Shown: piece after piece, positions 1-9,216 of the stretch
Layout of the letters: each line of letters starts with the position of its first letter
How positions within the stretch are numbered: position 1 is the first letter of the stretch
DNA from: Megasphaera sp. UBA1696
GTDB lineage: Bacteria; Bacillota; Negativicutes; Veillonellales; Megasphaeraceae
NCBI GenBank assembly: GCA_002319965.1
Contig: DCJQ01000017.1
Coordinates: 524 to 64,523, forward strand
Reading direction: 5' to 3'
DNA: 64,000 nt
Translations under genes and position numbers: made by a program
The notes under the pieces: generated by a model
Databases searched by the model: none
Told to the model about the DNA's origin: nothing
What the model saw: only the letters and a program-made list of their open reading frames with translations

Positions 1-1707
1 ATCTCTGACCTCGTCGAAGTCGAAGTTCCGGCAGAATGGAAAGACCTCCCGTCCGATCCGGTCGTCGAAGATACGCGCAACATTCCTGACTTCATTAAGA
101 ACGTCGTCGAACCGTCTAACTTACAGATCGGCGATTCGATTCCGGTCAGCGAATTCGTTCCTTATGCTGACGGTTCCTATCCGCTGGGCACGACGCAGTA
201 TGAAAAACGCGGTGTCGCTTCCAAGGTTCCTGAATGGGATGTCGACAAGTGCGTTCAGTGTAATCGCTGCGCCCTGGTCTGCCCGCATGCCGTTATCCGT
301 CCGTACCTCTTGACGGCAGAAGAAAAAGCCAACAGCCCGGAAAGCTTCAAGACGAAGAAAGCCATCGGCAAAGGTCTCGAAGATTATGAATTCCGCATTC
401 AGGTTTCGCCTCTCGACTGCTACAGCTGCAGCGCCTGTGCAAACGCTTGCCCGGCCAAGGCTCTGACCATGAAACCCCTCGATACCCAGCGTCATGAAAG
501 TGAAAACTTTGACTATGCGCTTACCCTGTCTGTAAAGGACACGGGCCTCGATAAATTCTCTGTTAAAGGCAGCCAGTTCAACCAGCCGCTCCTCGAGTTC
601 AATGGTGCCTGCGCCGGCTGTACCGAAACGTCTTACATGAAGCTTTTGACCCAGCTCTTCGGTTCGCGCATGATCGTTGCCAATGCGACCGGCTGTACCC
701 AGGCTTGGGGCTCTGCAATGCCGAGCATTCCTTATACGACGAACCACGAAGGCTTCGGCCCGGCTTGGTCGAACTCGGTCTTTGAAGATAACGCCGAATT
801 TGCTCTCGGTATGTCCCTCTCCATGGATCAGCAGCGCGAAGCCATCGCCCTGAAATCGGAAGAACTCCTGCCGCTGACGGAAGGCGCCCTCCACGATGCC
901 ATCCAGGCTTGGCTCGATTCCATCGGCGTCGCTAACGAAGGCGAAGTTACGGAAGGCATCAGCCGGACGTACCTCAAAGAATTGATGGCCGCTAAGCTGA
1001 CCGGCAAAGCCGCCGATCTTCAGAAAGACATCTTGGCTCATAAAGAACACGTCATCAAGAAGACGATTTGGATGTACGGCGGCGACGGCTGGGCTTATGA
1101 CATCGGTTACGGTGGTTTGGACCACGTCATGGCTACCAATGCCAATGTCAACATCATGCTCGTCGATACGGAAGTTTACTCCAATACGGGCGGTCAGTCG
1201 TCCAAGGCTACACCGATCGGTGCTGTCGCTCAGTTCGCAGCTTCGGGCCGTAAGTTCAACAAGAAAGATTTGGGCCGTCTGCTCATGACCTATGGCCATA
1301 TCTATATCGCTCAGGTTGCTCTCGGAGCTGATGCCAACCAGCTCATCAAAGCCGTTAAAGAAGCTGAAGCTTACAACGGTCCGTCCATCGTCATCGCTTA
1401 CGCACCGTGCATCAACCACGGCATCAAGGGCGGCATGGGCAATGCTCAGAACGAAATGAAACGCGCCGTAGAAGCCGGTTACTGGCACCTCTATCGCTAC
1501 AACCCGCTCCTTAAGGAAGAAGGAAAGAATCCGTTCATCCTCGATTCCAAGGAACCGACCCAGTCCTTCCGCGATTACCTCCTCGGCGAAACGAGATACG
1601 CAGCCCTTACGCGTACCTTCCCGGATATTGCTGAAGAACTCTTTGCTAAGGCCGAAGAATTTGCTGCTAAGAAATACGAAGTATACAAAGAATTGGCCGA
1701 CAAATAA
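1..1707 (+). CDS. nifJ: Pyruvate:ferredoxin (flavodoxin) oxidoreductase, C-terminal part (truncated at window start)
   Basis: Frame 1 is open from base 1. Two 4Fe-4S motifs (CVQCNRCALVC, CYSCSACANAC), GACAGC, TPP-binding GGDGWAYDIGYGGLDH, DTEVYSNTGGQ, YAPCINHG. Confidence 0.96.
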   Translation: MSDLVEVEVPAEWKDLPSDPVVEDTRNIPDFIKNVVEPSNLQIGDSIPVSEFVPYADGSYPLGTTQYEKRGVASKVPEWDVDKCVQCNRCALVCPHAVIRPYLLTAEEKANSPESFKTKKAIGKGLEDYEFRIQVSPLDCYSCSACANACPAKALTMKPLDTQRHESENFDYALTLSVKDTGLDKFSVKGSQFNQPLLEFNGACAGCTETSYMKLLTQLFGSRMIVANATGCTQAWGSAMPSIPYTTNHEGFGPAWSNSVFEDNAEFALGMSLSMDQQREAIALKSEELLPLTEGALHDAIQAWLDSIGVANEGEVTEGISRTYLKELMAAKLTGKAADLQKDILAHKEHVIKKTIWMYGGDGWAYDIGYGGLDHVMATNANVNIMLVDTEVYSNTGGQSSKATPIGAVAQFAASGRKFNKKDLGRLLMTYGHIYIAQVALGADANQLIKAVKEAEAYNGPSIVIAYAPCINHGIKGGMGNAQNEMKRAVEAGYWHLYRYNPLLKEEGKNPFILDSKEPTQSFRDYLLGETRYAALTRTFPDIAEELFAKAEEFAAKKYEVYKELADK

Positions 1708-1770
1708 CGTTTGCAAGACTATAGATCTGCTCAATCTATAGATACACGCTCAAAACCATATACATACCCC

Positions 1771-1802
1771 AAGGCGAAGGCTGCTCCGGCAGCCTTCGTT
1801 TT
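1771..1802 (+). terminator. Intrinsic terminator after PFOR
   Basis: CGAAGGCTGC-tccg-GCAGCCTTCG followed by TTTT. Confidence 0.75.
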
Positions 1803-1873
1803 GTCTGGAAATTCGTTTCCTTCCAAAGAACGCATCGTTTGTGATACAATAAGACAGAAAGCAGGTGGTTACT

Positions 1874-2455
1874 ATGAAGAGGATATGGCTCATCCGCCAT
1901 GGTGAAAGCATTGCCAATGCCGGTGAAGCGACGGACGATCACAAAAGTATTCCCCTGTCCGAACTGGGGCTGAAACAGGCCCAAGCCCTGGCCCTGCAAA
2001 TACCGAAACGGCCGGATCTCATCGTGACCTCGCCGTATCTTCGGGCACAGCAGACGGCTATGTATACCATAGGCCGCTTTCCCGATACGGCGACGGGGAT
2101 TTGGGATGTCGTCCATGAATTTGTCTACTTGGCGCCGGCCACTTGTGTCGGGACGACATCGGCCCAGCGGCGGCCCAGAGTCATCGACTATTGGCGTAAT
2201 CTCAATCCCGATTACGTCGATGGCGAAGGGGCCGAAAGCTATCGGCAGCTCATCGAGCGCATTGAGCGGACCTTGGCCCTCTTGAAGCGGCGCCCGGAAG
2301 AATTTATCTTAATCTTTACCCATGCCCAGTTTATCCGGAATTTTCTCTTAGTCTATGAAAATCCGAACCTCCCCGTTAAGGAGTATATGGCTGCCTTTCG
2401 GCGCAGCCGTTCGGTCCGCAACGGGCAGATTATCGAAGTTACCATGAACTGGTAG
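1874..2455 (+). CDS. Histidine phosphatase (phosphoglycerate mutase) family protein
   Basis: LIRHGES, TSPYLRAQQTA, FTH motifs; RBS AGGTGG. Confidence 0.85.
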   Translation: MKRIWLIRHGESIANAGEATDDHKSIPLSELGLKQAQALALQIPKRPDLIVTSPYLRAQQTAMYTIGRFPDTATGIWDVVHEFVYLAPATCVGTTSAQRRPRVIDYWRNLNPDYVDGEGAESYRQLIERIERTLALLKRRPEEFILIFTHAQFIRNFLLVYENPNLPVKEYMAAFRRSRSVRNGQIIEVTMNW

Positions 2456-2496
2456 GGGAACTTTTTCATCATCCCTTGCGAAAGGAGTGTTTTCAC

Positions 2497-2769
2497 ATGG
2501 AATTACAGTACAGTGACAATAAGATTTGGATTGAAAATGAACAAGGGAAGGTCGTCGGGGAAGTCGATTTCATCCAGCGTGACGACGGCAACTACGACAT
2601 CGTCCATACCTTCGTCGATGACAGCCTGCGCGGCCAAGGGGCTGCCGGGAAATTGGTCAAAGCCGCTGCCGATGAAATCCGTAAGCGCAATAAAAAGACG
2701 GCGACCAGCTGCACCTATGCCCAGGCTTGGTTTAAGCGCCATACGGAAGAACAAGATCTCTTAGGATAG
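2497..2769 (+). CDS. Small GNAT acetyltransferase (YjdJ-like)
   Basis: HTFVDDSLRGQGAAGKLV and SCTYA motifs; RBS AAGGAG. Confidence 0.85.
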   Translation: MELQYSDNKIWIENEQGKVVGEVDFIQRDDGNYDIVHTFVDDSLRGQGAAGKLVKAAADEIRKRNKKTATSCTYAQAWFKRHTEEQDLLG

Positions 2770-2783
2770 TAAACGACGATAAC

Positions 2784-2818
2784 AAAAAAGGCTCCCTGCC
2801 TGGCAGGGAGCCTTCTCT
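2784..2818. terminator. Terminator hairpin between convergent genes
   Basis: AAGGCTCCCTGC-ctg-GCAGGGAGCCTT with A-tract on the left. Confidence 0.75.
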
Positions 2819-2850
2819 ATGTTATGATGGGAGAGTGAGTGATATGCGTC

Positions 2851-3447
2851 TTATTTGAAAATCTTGACCCGTTCTTCGATGGGAGCTTTTTCGATCGGAT
2901 CCGGTTTCTGTAAGGGATGGCCAAAGGGCATCTGAGCGATGAGTTTCCATTCTTCCGGCACACCGGTCAATTTTTTGACTTCATCGTCGATGAGGGGATT
3001 GTAATGCTGGAGGTTGACGCCTAAGCCAAGGTCGGTAAGGGCTGTCCAAATGGCGAACTGCATCATGCCGTTGGCCTGCTGCCCCCAAACGGGGAAGTTC
3101 TGTGCATACAGCGGAAATTGGTCGGCTAATTTTTCAACGATGGAGATATCGTCAAAATAGAGGACCGTGCCGTAGGCGGCGGCAAAAGAATTAATCTTTT
3201 CTTCCGTTGCGGCAAAATTGGCTGCCGGTACGATGCCGCGAAGGGTATCCATGGCAATCTGCCAAATCTTATCGTGAGTTTCACCGAAGGCGACGACGAC
3301 TTTGCCGGACTGCATGTTGAAAGCCGAAGGAACTTCGTGAACCATGTCTTCAATCGTTTTTATGATCGTTTCTTGAGAGATAGAAACGTCTTTGCTAAGA
3401 GCATAGTTTGTGCGCCGATTGGTAACGGCTGTCGTGAAGTTATTCAT
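2851..3447 (-). CDS. Nitroreductase family protein (Frm2/Hbn1-like)
   Basis: RRTNY, PSAFNMQS, GVNLQHYNPLID, KLIAQMPFG motifs. Confidence 0.9.
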   Translation of the reverse strand: MNNFTTAVTNRRTNYALSKDVSISQETIIKTIEDMVHEVPSAFNMQSGKVVVAFGETHDKIWQIAMDTLRGIVPAANFAATEEKINSFAAAYGTVLYFDDISIVEKLADQFPLYAQNFPVWGQQANGMMQFAIWTALTDLGLGVNLQHYNPLIDDEVKKLTGVPEEWKLIAQMPFGHPLQKPDPIEKAPIEERVKIFK

Positions 3448-3733
3448 AAGGCACCTCCTGAGATTTATTAATTAATAATGAATATCTTTTATTTTTTTGT
3501 TAGTATAGCATTTTGTAGGAGATAAGTCAAGATTTTATGGCGGTCCTTTCGCCGCGCCTTTCTTTTTTTGACAGGTTATGCTATACTTCCTACCGTGGCT
3601 TTTGGGGCATTGAAATCGGTCGGAAAAGACGGTTGCAAGCCACTTGACAGGCCGCATGTCTCTGTGGTAACATTAATACATCGCGTGAGCAAAATTTATT
3701 TTTTTGAATTACTAATATGAGGTGATGTAGAAA

Positions 3734-4321
3734 ATGGCAACGAGGAGAGACCCGCGTTTTAAGGAATGTCGCCGGTTCGGAGTTAATGTGTACGGACACC
3801 CTAAGGCATTAAAACGCGTACGTAAAGATCAGCGTCAGAAAAAAATGTCTGAATATGGCACGCAGTTATTGGAAAAACAGAAACTTCGCGCATACTACAA
3901 TTTGCTCGAACGTCAGTTTGTCCGTTATTATGATAAAGCCAAGAAGATGGAAGGCGTAACGGGCCAGAACATGCTGAAATTGTTGGAATGCCGTTTGGAT
4001 AACTTAGTATACCGCATCGGTTTTGCTAACTCTATCCGCCAGGCACGCCAGATGGTCAACCACGGCCACATTTTGGTCAATGGCAAACGCTGCGATATTC
4101 CGTCGGCACACGTAAAAGTTGGTACGGTTATCACGCTGAAAGAAGATTCCCGTTCTAACGAAATGTACAAGAAATCCTTCCAGGAATTAAAAGCATTCGA
4201 CGTTCCCTACGTTGAAAAGAATTTCGATGGCTTCGAAGGCACCCTTACCCGTATGCCTGAACGCGACGAAATCCCTGTAGAAATCAACGAAACACTGATC
4301 GTCGAATTGTACTCCAAATAA
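3734..4321 (+). CDS. rpsD: 30S ribosomal protein S4 (stand-alone copy)
   Basis: [51 protein letters not shown]. Confidence 0.96.
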   Translation: MATRRDPRFKECRRFGVNVYGHPKALKRVRKDQRQKKMSEYGTQLLEKQKLRAYYNLLERQFVRYYDKAKKMEGVTGQNMLKLLECRLDNLVYRIGFANSIRQARQMVNHGHILVNGKRCDIPSAHVKVGTVITLKEDSRSNEMYKKSFQELKAFDVPYVEKNFDGFEGTLTRMPERDEIPVEINETLIVELYSK

Positions 4322-4339
4322 GAACTATTTGAGTATGAT

Positions 4340-4374
4340 AAAAAAGCGTTGTCTTTCAAAGACAGCGCTTTTTT
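4340..4374. terminator. Bidirectional terminator
   Basis: AAAAAAGCGTTGTCTT-tc-AAAGACAGCGCTTTTTT. Confidence 0.8.
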
Positions 4375-4404
4375 GATGCGTAAAATGAGGGATATGTTTC
4401 GACG

Positions 4405-5364
4405 TCAGTCGGCCTGTTCCAACAGGGAGAGTCCCTTGTCGGAAGCATAGTAGGTGCCGGACTGTTTTCCGACGGCGAGGAAGCCCGTGTCGACCAGGTC
4501 TTTAACGAGCGCCAAGTCCGGCTTTTCCGGGGCCGCCATTTCTTCCGGCGTACCTTCTTCTCGTTCGACGGCGGCGATGTAGGCAGCTTTTCGATCGTCA
4601 TCGGTCGGTTCTTTTTCGACGTAGGTCAGAGACGGCAGGTAGAGCGGATAGTCTTTCTTGGCTTCCAGGAAGAATTTCCCGATACCGATGGCCTGGCTGA
4701 GAAGATTGCCATCCTCGGTCTTGATGTCCATTTCATCGCAGATGTTTTCAATCTTATTGGAAGAGAAATGGTAGTATTTTTTGGCGGCTTCCATCGTGTC
4801 GGCATAGCGGAAGGACGGGGCCTTGATGCCGTAAATGTGAAGGGCATGTGTCAGACAGCCCAGGACGAAGGGGGCGTTGTGGGCGATGAGGGTCTTGCCT
4901 TCGATGAGTTTTTCAAGACCGGCCTGCCAGTATTCGCCGAATTCATCGGCTTTGGACAAATCTTCCCAGCGATGTCGGCCTCCCGTGGCAGACAAGTTGT
5001 TTTCAGGCGGGCGGATGTAGAAGTACCGCGTGTCCTTTATCTCACCCTTATCAAATTCGGCCAGGGCCAGGAGACAGATGGAGTAAGGCTGCTCGTTGGC
5101 AAGCTCGATGGCGACACTCGTGAAGTGCTGAGGGAAGCGGCGGAGTTTTCCTTTTTCGACAAGGGGATACTTGTAGTAGCCCTTTTCCGGTTTGATGTCA
5201 TATTGGTGAAGATTGTCGACTTTTACGTGGACCTTGGTCACCAGGTCTTTTTCATATTTTGCCTTGCGCCGTTTTTTTCTAAGGGCCGACGTCAGGGAGT
5301 AGAGGACGGCGCCGATGAAGATGATGGTTGCGACGGTGGTTACGATGTGAATGATGGGATCCAT
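4405..5364 (-). CDS. Membrane-anchored DEDDh/DnaQ-like 3'-5' exonuclease homolog with degenerate active site
   Basis: N-terminal hydrophobic helix plus basic cluster; ELAN..SIC, IAHNAPF and DT motifs of the DnaQ-like fold, but the catalytic Asp/His positions are substituted. Confidence 0.7.
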   Translation of the reverse strand: MDPIIHIVTTVATIIFIGAVLYSLTSALRKKRRKAKYEKDLVTKVHVKVDNLHQYDIKPEKGYYKYPLVEKGKLRRFPQHFTSVAIELANEQPYSICLLALAEFDKGEIKDTRYFYIRPPENNLSATGGRHRWEDLSKADEFGEYWQAGLEKLIEGKTLIAHNAPFVLGCLTHALHIYGIKAPSFRYADTMEAAKKYYHFSSNKIENICDEMDIKTEDGNLLSQAIGIGKFFLEAKKDYPLYLPSLTYVEKEPTDDDRKAAYIAAVEREEGTPEEMAAPEKPDLALVKDLVDTGFLAVGKQSGTYYASDKGLSLLEQAD

Positions 5365-5387
5365 AACTATCAATCCTTTTCAGTGTA

Positions 5388-5831
5388 TTATTCTTGGAAA
5401 AAATTCATGTTGTAACAGGCTCGGAAGGCCCGGTTAGCGGCATTGCCGTTGGCTGAGAGGCGGTCTGTCGTCTTGACTTCCGGGTTGGCCAGGGCCAGGG
5501 TGGACAGGATATTGCCGGCAGGATCGTAGCCGACGTCGCCGAGGGTCTGCGTTTTTACCGATTGGGATTTAAAATTGTAGAAAAAATTGTTATCATATCC
5601 TTGTAAGGTATTGTTGGCATAATCGTACGTCACGACGGTGGCCCGGATGATGTAATACGGCGGATCATAGCGAACGGACTGGATCGTATTCATGTCGATG
5701 TACGATTCCGTCGTATCGTCGTGGCCGACTTGGACGAAGCGGGGATTGTTGTCGAGAAAATTATTCGCCGACGCGAAAAGGGTCAACAAAAAGAAGAAGG
5801 AGACGGCAAGACTGGCCGTTTTTTTGAACAT
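5388..5831 (-). CDS. Secreted hypothetical protein
   Basis: Signal peptide MFKKTASLAVSFFFLLTLFASA; RBS AAGGA. Confidence 0.75.
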   Translation of the reverse strand: MFKKTASLAVSFFFLLTLFASANNFLDNNPRFVQVGHDDTTESYIDMNTIQSVRYDPPYYIIRATVVTYDYANNTLQGYDNNFFYNFKSQSVKTQTLGDVGYDPAGNILSTLALANPEVKTTDRLSANGNAANRAFRACYNMNFFQE

Positions 5832-5981
5832 AAGGCATACTTCCTTTCTGGCCTTTTTAGAAAGGCCGTATTAGCTATAAATATATTATATAGGAATTGA
5901 CAGACAATACAAGAATATATATTGTAGAAGTAGGAGTTTAGACAGATCAGGTCGAATACTATAAGTATAGAGGTGATAATA

Positions 5982-6605
5982 GTGGATGTGATATACATTG
6001 GACTGCCCTTTGTCTTTTGGCAGGAAGATGAATCGAAACACGGGCTGGATATTCACGTGACCGAAGGATTTCAAAAAATAGGGTTTCACGTCTATCCGCT
6101 CAACGCCGGCGATAATGCGGAAGAGATTTGTGCGGCTTACAACCTGCATACGTCTTTTGTTGAAGAAGAAGCCGATATCGCGCCGACGGAAGAGTTTATT
6201 TCGGAACACGTCTTATGGGAAGATTTTCCTTTGCTGTATATTTCGGAAGCGGCGGCGACGTCGGAAGATGAATATACGCAATTCGTCTTCCATACGGCGG
6301 AACTGGCTCGGGACAACGGTCTCATCGTAGCCGCTGAAGTTGCCGAATGCGACGAGGATGAAGACAATCCCTATCCTTGGCGGGCTATGGCGACCGTCCT
6401 TTGGGCTCATGGGGATATCTTGCCGGCGGGCAGTCCGAAGTGTGCCGTCCGCCTGGCAATCGGGACGGAAATTACCGTATCCGACGGCAAAGAAGAACGA
6501 CACTACGACAAGCAAGTCGTCAGCGAAATATTTATTCCTTATTTTCTCCAGGGACTTTTAGAAGGACAAGACCCCTTTTCCATCGCAGCATCGTACGAGT
6601 CCTGA
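5982..6605 (+). CDS. Acidic hypothetical protein
   Basis: ~207 aa ORF, RBS GAGGTG before GTG, upstream TTGACA, directly upstream of moaB. Confidence 0.7.
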   Translation: MDVIYIGLPFVFWQEDESKHGLDIHVTEGFQKIGFHVYPLNAGDNAEEICAAYNLHTSFVEEEADIAPTEEFISEHVLWEDFPLLYISEAAATSEDEYTQFVFHTAELARDNGLIVAAEVAECDEDEDNPYPWRAMATVLWAHGDILPAGSPKCAVRLAIGTEITVSDGKEERHYDKQVVSEIFIPYFLQGLLEGQDPFSIAASYES

Positions 6606-6622
6606 GTTAGGAGGGTTTTACT

Positions 6623-7114
6623 TTGAATCACAAAAAAACAGAAGAACACCCGTTGCGGGCAGCCATTCTTACTATCAGCAACAGTCGTACCTTTTCCGAC
6701 GATACGAACGGATTGCTCATTCAGTCGCTGTTGGCGCAGCACGGCCACCAAGTCGTCGACTATCAGATCGTGAAGGACGACCGGGCCGAAATTGAACGCC
6801 ATCTCCATGAATGGGTATGCAGTGTCGACCTGGTCATCACCAGCGGCGGTACGGGGATTGCCAAACGGGACGTGACCGTTGAGACCGTGGAAGCCCTCTT
6901 CGATAAAACGATTCCGGCCTTTGGTGAGATGATGACCTACTTTGCCTATCGGCGTGTCTGCGGCGTTCAGGCTATGGCCTATCGGGCGACGGCCGGCATC
7001 ATCCACCAGTGCCAGGTCTACTGCCTGCCGGCCCTTCCCAGCCTGATTAAGATCGGCATGGAAAAAATCGTCCTGCCTGAAGTGTTCCATCTGTATTCGG
7101 AAATCAAGAAATGA
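6623..7114 (+). CDS. moaB: Molybdenum cofactor biosynthesis protein MoaB/MogA family
   Basis: ILTISNSR, IVKDD, ITSGGTGIAKRDVTVE, IPAFGE, RATAG. Confidence 0.88.
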   Translation: MNHKKTEEHPLRAAILTISNSRTFSDDTNGLLIQSLLAQHGHQVVDYQIVKDDRAEIERHLHEWVCSVDLVITSGGTGIAKRDVTVETVEALFDKTIPAFGEMMTYFAYRRVCGVQAMAYRATAGIIHQCQVYCLPALPSLIKIGMEKIVLPEVFHLYSEIKK

Positions 7115-7689
7115 TGGGAAATTCGAAACTTGTATTGGTAACGGGCGGGGCCCGGAGCGGCAAGAGCGACTTTGCAGAGCGCTATGCTGCGGTCCTGCCC
7201 GGCCGTCATGCCTATGTGGCGACGGCTTTTGCTTCTGACGATGAAATGGCCCGGCGCATCGCCCTTCATCGGAAGCGGCGGCCGGCATCGTGGGCGACTT
7301 GGGAGGTTCCCCGTCACTTGCCTGACGTCGTCGACGACCTTTGTAAGCGTGCCGACGTCGTCCTCGTCGACTGCTTGACGATTTATTTTTCAAATTATCT
7401 GTGGGACCATGACGGAGAGAGTGACGATGTCCTCCTGGATGGGGCTCTGGCGGAGCTTAGGACCATCTTGAACGCCTTTCGAAGGGCCGGTGTCACGGCT
7501 GTTTTGGTTACCAATGAACTGGGCTGCGGCATCGTGCCTATGGAACGGGTGAGCCGCCTCTATCGGGACCTCATAGGCCGCATCAATCAGGAAGCGGCCC
7601 GCGAGGCCGATGAAGTCTACGTGTCGGTTTGCGGCATTACGACGGAATGGAAGCATCAAGCTGTGATCCTGCCGGAGGTGAACCCATGA
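7111..7689 (+). CDS. cobU: Adenosylcobinamide kinase / phosphate guanylyltransferase
   Basis: VTGGARSGKS, YVATA, RIALHRKRRP, VDCLT, VTNELGCGIVP. Confidence 0.95.
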   Translation: MMGNSKLVLVTGGARSGKSDFAERYAAVLPGRHAYVATAFASDDEMARRIALHRKRRPASWATWEVPRHLPDVVDDLCKRADVVLVDCLTIYFSNYLWDHDGESDDVLLDGALAELRTILNAFRRAGVTAVLVTNELGCGIVPMERVSRLYRDLIGRINQEAAREADEVYVSVCGITTEWKHQAVILPEVNP

Positions 7690-8438
7690 AAGCTTTTCTT
7701 ATCGCCCTGCAATTTTTATCGCGGATTCACCTGGCTTCACAGGACGTTTGGCGGGACGAAGACTTTGGCCGTTCGGTCCTGTTCTTTCCCCTCGTAGGCC
7801 TTATCATCGGCCTTTTATTGGCGGCGCTGTACGGTGCGCTGTCTTTTATTTTGAATCCTTTGGGCTGCGCCGTCTTGGTCGTGGCCTTTTGGTTCTACTT
7901 GACGGGGGGACTCCATGCCGACGGCTATATGGATACGGCTGACGGTCTCTTTTCCGGCCGCAGTCGGGAGCGGATGCTGGAAATCATGAAGGACAGCCGC
8001 GTCGGGTCCGGCGGTGTCATGGCCTTCGTCTTTTTGGTTCTTTTAAAAGTGACTTTTCTGAGCCAGCTTGAACCTAAAGCAGCCATGTTCAGTCTCATTG
8101 CCATTCCGGCGGCAGCTCGGTTCGGAACGCTGATCAGCATTTTCCAATTTCCCTATGCCCGTAAAGAAGGCCTGGGGAAGGCCTTTGTCACCTACGGGCC
8201 GCCCCATACGACGGCGAAAGCCTTGGTGCTGGCTCTGTTGCCCGTTTTTCTTTGCGGGCCTTTTTATTTGGCCCTCTTAGGGGCGGCCATGATCTTGTCC
8301 CTATGGGCGAACCTTAGCATCAGCCGAAAACTCGGCGGCGTCACAGGCGATACGTACGGTGCCGTCATCGAAGGCAGCGAAATGGTTTTGCTCCTTTTCG
8401 TCCTTATCGGTAGCAAGGCCGTTCATTTCTTGTTATAA
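7686..8438 (+). CDS. cobS: Adenosylcobinamide-GDP ribazoletransferase (cobalamin synthase)
   Basis: FLSRI, TGGLHADGYMDTADG, IMKDSRVG, GGVTGDTYGA; ATGA overlap with cobU. Confidence 0.95.
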   Translation: MKAFLIALQFLSRIHLASQDVWRDEDFGRSVLFFPLVGLIIGLLLAALYGALSFILNPLGCAVLVVAFWFYLTGGLHADGYMDTADGLFSGRSRERMLEIMKDSRVGSGGVMAFVFLVLLKVTFLSQLEPKAAMFSLIAIPAAARFGTLISIFQFPYARKEGLGKAFVTYGPPHTTAKALVLALLPVFLCGPFYLALLGAAMILSLWANLSISRKLGGVTGDTYGAVIEGSEMVLLLFVLIGSKAVHFLL

Positions 8439-8552
8439 TATCTATGTCTCGCACTCGGGACGGCGCTTATTTTCCGGCGTCCGTCCATTTGACAAGTATG
8501 GGGCGACACAAAGAAGCGTTATTAGATGGATTTTCGATAATGGAGGATATTC

Positions 8553-9206
8553 ATGATTACATTATATTTAGCGCGTCACGGTGAAACGGACGGAAATGTA
8601 CAGCAGTGGTACCAAGGTTCTACCGATGTACCCATCAATGCCCACGGGCTGGAACAGGCTAAGCACCTCGGTGACTTTTTCAGCCATACCCACCTCGATG
8701 CCGTATACAGCAGTACCCTCCAGCGGGCCATGGCCACGGCGGAATGCGTAGCGGCACCGCACGGTTTGTCGGTCATCCCTGATGAATCGTTGAAGGAAGC
8801 CGACTTTGGCGAATGGGAAGGCCATACGTATGAAGAGATTACGACCAAATGGCCGGGAGAACTGGAAGCGGTCTACGCGTCGGACGGAACCTTGCCGGCC
8901 CGCGGCGGTGAATCGTTCTGCCAGGTCCGGGACCGCATTTTGAAAGGGACCCGCGATATCCTTTCGAAGCATAAAGACGGCGACAGCATTTTCATCGTCT
9001 CCCACGGAGCGGCCCTTCGCTGCCTCCTCTTCGGTCTCTTAGGACTCGATATGCGTCGTATTTGGTGCTTCCAGCAGTTCAATACGGCCTTCAATGTCGT
9101 CGAATATTACGGCGACCGCAACGTCTTGACCCTTCTCAACAGTACCCGCCATTTAGAAGGTACGGCCGGCTATCTGCCCCAGTGGGACAAGATGCCCTCC
9201 TTGTAA
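8553..9206 (+). CDS. cobC: Histidine phosphatase, probable alpha-ribazole phosphatase
   Basis: RHGET, SSTLQRA, EADFGEWEG, GGES, VSHG; follows cobU-cobS. Confidence 0.7.
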   Translation: MITLYLARHGETDGNVQQWYQGSTDVPINAHGLEQAKHLGDFFSHTHLDAVYSSTLQRAMATAECVAAPHGLSVIPDESLKEADFGEWEGHTYEEITTKWPGELEAVYASDGTLPARGGESFCQVRDRILKGTRDILSKHKDGDSIFIVSHGAALRCLLFGLLGLDMRRIWCFQQFNTAFNVVEYYGDRNVLTLLNSTRHLEGTAGYLPQWDKMPSL

Positions 9207-9216
9207 GGGGGTACCT

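Noticed and set aside
121-1734. 537-aa antisense ORF opposite PFOR, and similar long shadow ORFs opposite the thiolases, dapA and nrdD
   Set aside because: These mirror highly codon-biased genes, where stop codons are rare on the opposite strand. They have no motifs or RBS.
5870-5980. Cobalamin riboswitch upstream of the cob genes
   Set aside because: The gap is short AT-rich promoter DNA without the B12-box or GGGAA motifs.
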